This document shows positions 19,079 to 29,600 of a stretch of DNA of 32,994 bases, piece by piece. The position numbers and the translations under genes are program-made. A model generated the notes under the pieces. The model was not told the origin of the DNA. It saw nothing but the letters and a program-made list of their open reading frames with translations, and did no database searches. The stretch's first letter is position 1, and each line of letters begins with the position of its first letter. This stretch comes from a virus (Duplodnaviria; Caudoviricetes), in the IMG/VR virus record IMGVR_UViG_3300030332_000766, positions 1 to 32,994 of that record; one strand, written 5' to 3'.

Positions 19079-20647
19079 ATGGGAGCAGATAATATAATAG
19101 TAAACGCAGCGTTTAAAGAAGCTTTATCAAAAGCAGGGGCAGCTGTCCCTGATATGTCAAATGTAATTAAAGGACAGGTTGAAGTAAGTAAGACATACCT
19201 AGGAGGTATAACAGGCGTTTTTGCTGATATGAAAAAGAATAGAGAAGAATTAGAAGCGGCGCAAAACACACAATTGCAAGCGTTTAAAGCTCAAGCTAAA
19301 AAATCTGCACAGTACATTTTAAAATATGAGCAATCCCAACCTATGAAGTTGCATGATGCTATATATGATAAGTTCAAGGCTTTGGAAAAAGAATTTGAAC
19401 TATATAACACTACAGGAGATGATGATAATGCTGATAACGAAAAGATGCGAGCAAATCTATATGCTCAATTACAGATGATAACTAACCAAGCAGTTAAATC
19501 TAGGGGTGTTATAGCAACTATAGGTACTATGGCTGAGGATATAGTACCCCTTTCTGCGTCAGCACAGGATTTAGCGGTGGGTAGAGCTATAATGAGTGTT
19601 GATGGTAATTACGATAATATAGAATTAAGTTTCGATGAGACGGGGCAATTAGTTTATCATGTTTTATTAGAAGGTATGTCTGAACCTGTAAGTTGGACTA
19701 TTGATGATTTTAATGATAAGATTATAGCGCACAATCGAGAATTTGATGTGTATACGCAACAAGGAAAAGCGGAAGCGCTTAGGAAAGGCCTTGCTGGTGA
19801 AGAGTGGAGCGAAGAGGATAGATTGTTAGAAAAAGATAATTATGTACAGGGAATTGTAAGGAACGAGCGAGATTTTTTAGATGCGGCAAATTCAAAAATG
19901 AACGGTAAAAAGTCCTGGGTAAGTTCTCTATATGACATTAACGAGGATACTGTTAATATAGCTACTAAAGCAATTGAATATTTGTTTAGAGAAGATATGA
20001 TGGATAAAATTGCGTTAGTTGATGTAGATGGCGAAGGTGGTATTACAATGGCTGATATGGACACAGATGGTATAAACGGAATTACTAAAGATGATATGAA
20101 AAATTTATCTCCTGAAGCACGGGCTCGTTGGCAAGCAAATATCGAATCTATAATTGGCGCTTTAACAAAGGTAGAACATCCAGCGTTTAATCTAGATCGC
20201 TCTACTAGTTTACTAGGAGATTATTACATGAAAGGATTAGGTGAAGAATATCAAAAAGGATTCGATAACCAACCATTTAATATTAGTGAAAAAAGTATTG
20301 GTGAACGAGAAAAAATAGCTTTAAGCAAAAGAATAAACAAACTGTTACAACAGGAAGTTATTTCTTTAAGTGATATAAACGCATTAGCGTTAGGTACTGG
20401 ATCAAGCCCGGTAACTATAGTACGAGATGGTAAAGATTATAAAGTAGTACGAGACAACAAATGGGAGATAGACCGTTTCTCTGTAAACGACAGAAAAGCT
20501 TTACAAAATGCGATCTATCAACATACAGGCTTAGGGGTATTATACCAACGAGACTTAGATTTTTCTGGGTTTGTGGAACAAGTTCCTGGTGCTGGTATAT
20601 ATAAACCAGGTTATCAATTTTCAACTGGCGAAGTAGAATCAAGATAA
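19079..20647 (+). CDS. Putative ejection/internal virion protein 2, with tandem EF-hand-like loops
   Basis: 522 aa, helical. Carries DVDGEGGITMAD and DTDGINGITKDD at 20021-20095. Confidence 0.5.
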   Translation: MGADNIIVNAAFKEALSKAGAAVPDMSNVIKGQVEVSKTYLGGITGVFADMKKNREELEAAQNTQLQAFKAQAKKSAQYILKYEQSQPMKLHDAIYDKFKALEKEFELYNTTGDDDNADNEKMRANLYAQLQMITNQAVKSRGVIATIGTMAEDIVPLSASAQDLAVGRAIMSVDGNYDNIELSFDETGQLVYHVLLEGMSEPVSWTIDDFNDKIIAHNREFDVYTQQGKAEALRKGLAGEEWSEEDRLLEKDNYVQGIVRNERDFLDAANSKMNGKKSWVSSLYDINEDTVNIATKAIEYLFREDMMDKIALVDVDGEGGITMADMDTDGINGITKDDMKNLSPEARARWQANIESIIGALTKVEHPAFNLDRSTSLLGDYYMKGLGEEYQKGFDNQPFNISEKSIGEREKIALSKRINKLLQQEVISLSDINALALGTGSSPVTIVRDGKDYKVVRDNKWEIDRFSVNDRKALQNAIYQHTGLGVLYQRDLDFSGFVEQVPGAGIYKPGYQFSTGEVESR

Positions 20648-20653
20648 AACTAA

Positions 20654-23600
20654 ATGGAAGAATTAGATTTAATATTACAACAGTATGTAGCTACAGCTAA
20701 CAACCCAGAATATAATCTAGATTGGGATGTTATCAATAGTAAGTTTGCTGATGAGTTTGAAAAATACGGTTGGGACGAGAATGTCATGAAGTCGTACGTT
20801 AAAACTGCTAATAATCCAAAGTACAATAAAAATTGGGATGTTATTAATAATAAATTTCCAGAATTTAAAACAAAATCAACCAATGTTTCAAAGTGGGGAG
20901 GAATGGTTAAATTTACAAAACCAGGTGGTGAAGTAGTTTATGGTACAGGAGAAAAAGCTGGTTATAGAAAACCTAAAAGTGTTAAAGAAGCTATTGCAAA
21001 TATTTTTAATATTCAAGCGGATATAAACGAGAATACCCCTGAAGTAATAGACGTTATAGCAGAAGAGTATTTTAAATTACCAAGTGGTTATACAAAACGA
21101 GCAAAAACTACAGCAACTGGATTGCAAGGTGCCACCACTACTACAATAAATGTTCCTAGAGAACCTACAGATGAAGAAATAAAGAACCATTTTGAGGGAG
21201 TTGATGCCTCTGGTAAAGGAACTGGAGATTTTTCTAAATACGAACAATACAAAGAGTATCAAAGAACTAAAGTTTTTAATTTAGATTGGGTAGATGAAGG
21301 GACTAAATTAAATGCTGTCAATTACTATAAGTCTCAAAAATCACAACAATATGCTGGTAATATAGACGATGATGAAATTAGAACCGCTGCAGAAGATGCT
21401 ATTCAAGACGGGCAAATTGATATGTTTGGACCAGGTGAAGAAGAATGGGTGGAAAAGTTCCAAAAAGCGGTAGAACGAGATAGAGCGTTAATCAAAGCGT
21501 CAAAAGATATTGCTCCTAGTAAACTTGAAAGACTTTTTAATATGGCTGCGCCGGAGACATTCGTAAAAGAAAGTCTATCAAGAAACTTACAAACGTTAGG
21601 AAAAGATAGTGAAGCGGAAAAAGTCTTAAACGAGTTTATTAATCAGAAATTTAGTACATTAAACAAAGAAGCTAAAGTTTGGGAGACTGATCGTAAAACT
21701 TTTGAAAATGTACAAAACAAATACCAAGGAGAGATTGATAGACTTAAAAGAGAATTTGAAGATTTAGGTGAAGTAAACGAGTACTCTTCTGCTAAAGCTA
21801 TAGCAAAGTATAATGAAATAGTTGCAAAAACAAACTCTATTATAGAAAAATTTACTAAGGAAACAGAAGGTTTAGATATAATGGGTAGGCAAACGGAGTT
21901 GCTTTCTAAGTATGATAAAGCACAGAAAGTTTATGAAAGAATAACTGATAGCAATATAGCTATTAAAGCATTTGCTTTTGATTATAGTTTTAGTGAACGT
22001 GCTCTTTTATACATGGAAAAATCTATCTTAGGTGACATTGGCACTCTAGCTTTAGGTGCATTGGGTGGAATAATAGGTATAACTGAAGTTGCGACTCGAC
22101 ACACAGCAACTGGAGAGTTCCATGAAGACGTTAAGAAATTGCAAAACCATTTTAATAATACTTATGCTGCACACATAAACTATAACGAGAGTTTAGATAA
22201 TCATATGCAATCAACTCTTCCTCTAAATATTCCATGGAGAGATGTGGGTTTGGATAATATAGGGGAAGTTTCTTCGCAATTACTAGGTAATAATGTTTTT
22301 AGCATTCTATCAGCATTAACATATGGTGGAGCTATAAGGGCTGGGATAAACCCAGTAACAGCAACAAGGGCTTTAACTAGAACTTTTTTCACTGTAGAAG
22401 CTGGTGCTAAACTTAGTCAAATGGAAATTGCCCAGAAAAATGCAGAAGAAAACAAAAAGATATTAGAGGCCGCCCTTCCTTCCGCTATAACTCAAGATGA
22501 ACGTTTAGAAATACTAGAACAAATAAGTGCTCAAGATAAAGCTTTAAACGTAACTCAAGTTCAAAAAGCGTTTTCAACTATTTTATATGGTGGAATTGCT
22601 GCTTATGCAGAAAGATTAGGTACAATGGGGTATGTAAGAAGATTAAATACTATGATACAAGCGGCGTCTAGACCATCTATTAGAAACGCTATAAAGGGTA
22701 CTGGAGCATTTGCTTTTAACTCTGGAATAGAGTATGTTGAGGAGTTTGTAACGCAAGTAGGACATAACTTAACAGATATTGCGATATTAAAACAAAATAA
22801 ATCCTTAATGACAGGTATCGACGCTGAGTTTAACATGAATGTTTTGTTTTCTACATTCGCTATTCAAGCTCCTAGTACTGGAATGAATATCTACAACTCT
22901 ATAACTAATGAAATTTCAAGCAGAAAAGATATTGCTGAAAAAAGAGAAATTAGAAACGAGGTACTTGAATGGTTAGCTGTATTAGAAAAAGACAATAAAC
23001 GTCCTAAAGGTAAGAGATTACTTTCAAATGACGAGCGGTTTAACATAGAACAAACAATAAATCGTTTATTGAAAGGGGCGAGCGTAATTGAGGCGCGCCA
23101 ATACGCTAATGCCGCTCAATTAACAAGGGCAGAAGTAGATGCTTTATTTGATGCGCAAACTAGAAAAAGAGACAAATTAGCTGAAATAAGAGATTTAGGC
23201 GCTTCTGCTGCTGGAGAAACGGAAGACAGTAAATATATAAAAAGACGAAGAAAAATTCTTATTGGTGACGTAAATCAAATTGATAACGAGATAGATGAGT
23301 TACTAAGAAAACCTGAAGAGAGAAATAAAAAAACAGTTGAAGAGGTATTGGGTAAAGAAAATGCTAAAGCTGAAACACACTTTTATTTTGGTAAGTACCA
23401 AGCTGCTAAACAAATTGGAAAAGGATTAGGGACTCAAGTAACATTTAAAGACGATATTGTTGACGAAGAAAGAGTTGAAGGTAGTGGTTATGCTAAATTA
23501 GAAAAATACTTAAATGAACAGTTAAAAAAAGGTAATATAACTTTACAGTTTAAAAACGATGTATTAGCAGGTGTTAAAGAGGGTAATTATGCACTTCATA

Positions 23601-26600
23601 TTGGTAACACAACTGTTTTAATGGAAGATCTTATTATTGAAGGTATTCAAGGGGCGTCTTCTAATTTAGTTCGTTCATTAATCGCTTATTCACCGTTCCA
23701 TGAACTACAACATATCAATGACATAGCTACTGGTTTAGTTAAAGATGGTGATGTAATTGAATCTCAAAAAGCTGTAGTTGCAGGGATAGAAGATCACTTA
23801 GAAAATTTACATAAGAGAGGCAAGATCAACGATAAAGACTATAGATTTATAAAAGATAGAATAGCTAGTTATACCAAAGATAACGGTGGTAATGTTAATT
23901 TAAAAGAGCTACTGACTATAGCTGGTGAACTAAAAGATGCCGGAGTGTTAAGTCAAGAATCTAGAGATCCGTTATTATCATTGAAAATTTTGTTAAATAA
24001 ATTTATCAGAAGAAATTTTGGAGATCGCGAAATGTTCTTTAAGCTACAGAGCACGGAACAAGTGTTACAATACATTGATAGTTTCCAACGTGGTGTTAGG
24101 GGATCAAGATTAATGTTAGGACCAGAAGAAGAGACTGAGAAAGTTAACTTCTCTAAAGTGTATCAAGAAGTTGAGGCTATGTATAACGAAGAAGCTTGGG
24201 CTGATCCTAAAAAGAAGAGTGACTTAGCTTTACAAATGGCTTATACGTTGATACCGGAAGTTACTAGACGTATGCAAAATGTTAATTTAAATAAATTTGA
24301 AAAAGAAGAAATCGCTATAGAGTTCGCTACACATGACCAAAGAGGTTTATTTGGGTTAATTAAGAAGTATGATAAAGAGGTAAATGATAGTATAATGGGT
24401 TATTTAAACAGCTGGCAAACTACTAATAAAGGTAGATTTAAATTACTTGATTTAAGACTTATAGATTTTTATCGAAATCACCCTAAGTATGGTAATATAA
24501 TAATGGCAATGGAAGAAGAGGGTGTAGGTGCTCAAGTTGCAAAATTAACTGATGAAACAAACTTAGAGAACGCTTTAGAAGACGATACTAAGAAACCAAA
24601 AACAGATGTTCTCAAAGTAGGTAAAGTTGCTGCTAAAGAACAGGATATTATAGAAGCTGTAAATGAAAAAGGTGATTTTAGAAATGTTATTGATAATAAC
24701 GTTGGTACAGTAGGTAATATAATATTTAATATTCCAGCAGAGAAGATAGCAGACCCTACAAAAAATATAACAACGTCTGATAAGATTATAAGTCCTAAAA
24801 CGGGTAAACCAGTAAAAAAAGGAGAAAGGGGTATTTTAGAACCATCTGAAGCGAAGTCTATACAAGATCACTTCGCTGATGTAAACACAACTAAAAAGTT
24901 TATACAACTATTAAACAGAACAAATGTTACTGAAAAAGATGCTGATGTAAATAAAGTTGGTGAAAATATAGATGTATCAAGAGATGTTTATGGTAGAGCT
25001 ATAGGTTTACCAAGAAGAATATTAGATTACTTCTATCGTCCAAAATTTAAACCCAATGGTAAACCTGTTAGATCTCAAGGTAAAACAAGTCAAGTTAGAA
25101 TATGGGAATTAAAACCAGATTTTGTAGGGCTTAATGACGAGCAGTTGACAAAAGCTGCAGAACAATTCCAAAAAGATTTAGGTATTACAGGAAAGCAACA
25201 AGTTAATAAATTACCTACAAAAGCAGATAGATCTAAGATCGGTCAATTACTTAAAGGTGCAGCTGTTGTTGTTAGTCAACAAGCTTCATTATCCGCCGCT
25301 CAAAGAAAATTAGAGGCAGCTAAAGCAGAAAAACAAAAAATAGCTGATATAACAGCTGCACAAAGTAAAATTGCTTTTAATAAAGTTGTAAATAATGTAG
25401 ACCAAATGCATGAAGGTGTTATTGAGACTACGTTTGAGGGTGAGCTTGATAGAGCAAATAAATTATTAGTAGATCTTATTGGAGAAGGATTATTTAAACA
25501 CGGCGATCAAACAGAAATAGATAACTACTTCGAGCAGATTGAGACAGTTGTACTAGGCAAGATGCCGAAAAATATGTTTGGTGCAAAACCTGAAACAGTT
25601 TATAGTTTTTTATATCCTAGCGAAAGAATACTTCCTCGTAAAGGCGAAAATAAAATTGTATTACGAAATGGAAAACAAACAACTGTAAAAGATTACTTTA
25701 ATATACAAAGGAGAAAATTAAGAGACAAGATTAAAGCGGGTAAAGTGAAGTTTGGACCAAAATTTGAAGGTAAAGGCGCAGAATATGTATACGGAAAAAC
25801 TTATGGACAAATGTATGGTGGCAATCATCCTGCAAATAGCCTCGAATATGTAAGGGCAGTTGAAAAAGCTTTTTACGATGGTACAAGGGAAAAGTATAAC
25901 GAGATACATGCTAGTATGCATTATCAGTTTATGGCAAGAGTGAACGAGTCAATAAGATCAAATCGAAAAAACGCTAAGGTTTGGGGTAATTACTTTAGTC
26001 TTGTGGGTTTAAATACAGAGCATCCTTTTAGAATGGGCGCGGAGTGGAATCTTTTTTCTGAAAATCCAATTGGCTCAGACAACAAAGGTAACACAAACAG
26101 AAATAAGGAAGGGTTTAAATTTTACGAATGGGAACACGCTATGATGGCTACAAGAACGTATTTATACTTATTACAAATGTCTTTGGAACAAGTTGAGGGT
26201 AAATATTTTGATTTTGATTTAGCTTACAATGAAGTAATGGAAAATTTTAAGTTAATAGCTCTTGATAATTACGATGATAAGGTAAAACTTGGTGGTTCTG
26301 GAAGGCAAAAAACAATGGGTGAAGATTGGCGCTTTTTTACAAATTGGTGGGGCGATAGATATTGGGACATCCCAGTTGCTGGGATTAAAGGAAAAAATGG
26401 TTATGGTATAAATCCAAAGAGTCTTCTTGGTAAAGATAGAAAAACCGCTGCTGAAATATATAATATAAATATAGAGGGGAAATCTAGACCACTTAAAACT
26501 GGAATAACCGAAACTAGAAAATTAAATACTGCTATTCGAATAGCTAGAACTCCTAGTTTTTCTAAAGTAGTTAGAGGTATGAGTGCTTGGGATTTAGACG

Positions 26601-29600
26601 ACACTTTAGCTAGAACTAAATCTGGAGTATGGTATACATTACCAAACCCAGAAGGTACACCTCAACCAGGTAGAAAAGTTATATTCTTAGCTGGTGGAGC
26701 TGGTAGCGGTAAATCCAATGTTGTAAAGCAATTAGATTTAGTAAGCCAAGGATTCAGAGTTGTAAATTCAGATATATCTTTAGAATGGTTAAAGAAGAAT
26801 TCTGGATTACCAGCTAACATGAATGACCTTACATCAGAGCAATTATCCATGTTAGGTAAACTACAGTGGGAAGCTAGGCAAATTGCGCTAGGTAAGCAAA
26901 TGAAGTACCAAGGTAAGGGTGATGGTGTTGTTATTGATGGTACGGGTGCTTCTTTGAGTGTTATGAATGAGCAAGTTCAGGAGTTCAAGGACAAAGGATA
27001 TGATGTGCAAATGATCTTTGTCGAAACATCATTAGAAACAGCACTTGAGAGGAATATTGCTAGAAAAGAAAGAACATTAAAAGAATCTATAGTAACTAAA
27101 AATCATGAAGCGGTACAAAATAATAAAGAAGCGTTTAGGGAATTATTTGGTAATAACTTTGCAGAAGTTAAGACAGACAATCTTGAAATAGATGACCCGA
27201 TGCCATCTAACTTGGTTAGTAGGGTAGACGCGTTTACAAAAGGTTACATTAAAGATAGGTTGCTACCAGGTGAATATGCAGATAAAGGGGCGGGTTTAGC
27301 TGCTCAAGGTGCTGAGTTTGATTTTAGAGAGTTTGATCAAATTATAGAAGGAGAGCAGGGGCCATTGTTTGGTAAAGCTTTAAATAGAGCCAAAAAATAC
27401 GGTTTAAAAGACCAATTCATATTAACAGCTAGACCACACGCCGCTAAAATACCTATATATGAATTTTTAAAATCTCAAGGATTACACATACCTTTGAAGA
27501 ATATAGTAACATTAGAAAATTCTATGGCAGAAGCTAAAGCGTTATGGATAGCTGAAAAAGTAGGTGAAGGTTACAACGATATATATTTTGCTGACGATGC
27601 TTTACAAAATGTGCGAGCTGTGGAAAATATGATGAATCAGTTCGATATTAAAGGTAAGGTACAACAAGCTAAAATTAGCTTTAATAAGGTAGTCGACGAG
27701 CAGTTCAATCAAATATTAGAAGACGTAACGGGTATTGACGCTGGTAAACGATTTAGTCAAGTTAAGGGTAGAAAACGTGGAGCCACAAAAGGTAGATTTA
27801 GATTATTTATCCCACCTTCACATGAAGATTTCGCAGGGTTGCTATATAATTTTATGGGTAAAGGTAAAAAAGGTGATGCACATAGAAACTTTTTTGAAAA
27901 AGCCTTAATAAGACCTTTAAATAGAGCTTTTAGAGAAATTGATTTAGCTAGACAAAGTATCGCTAACGATTATAAATCTTTAAATAAAGAGTTTCCGAAT
28001 ATAAAAAAGAAACTTGCAAGGAAAACCCCTGATGGAGATTTTACGTACTCTGATGCTATAAGAGTTTATTTATGGGATAAGCATGGTTATAGTATACCTG
28101 GGTTGAGTAATACTGACCAACAAACACTAGTCGATTTAGTTATGGAAGATAGTGAATTACAGGTTTATGCGGAAACACTAAACGTAATATCTAAAAGAAA
28201 GGACTATGTTAGTCCTACTAACGGGTGGGAATCTGGAGATATACGAATGGATTTAGATGATGCTACTGGAAGAGTTGGTAGAAAACAATTCTTTACTGAA
28301 TTTAATGAAAATGCAGAAGTAATATTTTCTGAAGAGAATCTTAATAAAATAGAAGCCGCCTATGGTAGTAGCTTTAGAGAGGCTTTAGAAGACATACTTT
28401 ATAGAATCCAAACAGGTAAGAATAGGCCTAAAGGACAGAATAAAACTGTAAATATGTTTATGAATTACTTGAATGGCTCTGTCGGGGTTGTGATGTTTTT
28501 GAACATGAGGTCAGCTGTTCTCCAGCAACTATCTATAGTCAACTACATAAACTTTGCGGATAACAACATATTTGCTGCCGCTAAAGCTTTTGCTAACCGA
28601 AAACAATACTGGGCTGATTGGGCATCCATATTCAACTCCGACATGTTAAAGCAAAGACGTGGTGGTATACGTACGGATGTGAATGCGGCTGATCTTGTAG
28701 AAACTCTTAGAGGATCTAGGTTTACCGGCAGAATTTTAATAGCTAAACTATTAAAGTTAGGATTTACCCCAACACAGATTGGAGATAGCATGGCAATTGC
28801 AACAGGTGGTGCTACATACTATAGAAATAGGATTAACGTATATTTAGGAGAAGTAAATGAAGTAACAGGTAAAAAGCATACCCAAAAGGAAGCTGAGGCA
28901 AAAGCTTGGACAGATTTTCAAGACATAACACAGTCAACGCAACAATCAGCTAGACCCGATATGGTATCACAACAACAGGCGTCGCCAATTGGTAAACTTG
29001 TTTTAAATTTCCAAAACATAACATCTCAATATAATAGGTTTGGTAAAAAAGCTTTCTTAGACATATATAACAGAAGAATAACACCACCTAATAAAACCCT
29101 ACTTCAAAGTAATATATCTAATATGTCTAGAATAATGTATTACTTTATAGCACAGAATTTAATATTCTATACTTTACAAACAGCGTTGTTTGCAGCTCTA
29201 TTTAGCGACGATGAGGAGGATGAAGAATTTTTTACTAGAAAAAGAGAAAGGTTAATTAATGGAAGTATCGATAGTGTTTTAAGAGGATCTGGATGGCAAG
29301 GCGCGGTAATTGCTACGTTGAAAAATATGGCGATGAAGTTTGCTGCTCAAAGAGGGGTAAAATATAATCCAGACGAAAGTAGTGTTTTGATGGAAATGTT
29401 AAATGTTTCTCCAGTTGTAGGTATTAAAGCTAGGGAAGTTAGCAATGCTGAAAAAACACTTAATTATAATAAGAAAGTTATAGAAGAAATGGAAACTTTC
29501 GATATTGATAACCCATTGTGGTCAGCTGTAACTAATTATATCGAAGCTATAACAAATGCACCTGTAAATAGATTGTATAAGAAAACACAAAACGTAAGAC

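Noticed and set aside
26669-27220. Stand-alone zeta toxin/TA system or intein
   Set aside because: The domain is in frame inside the HAD domain, has no intein C/S...HN ends and has no adjacent antitoxin gene.
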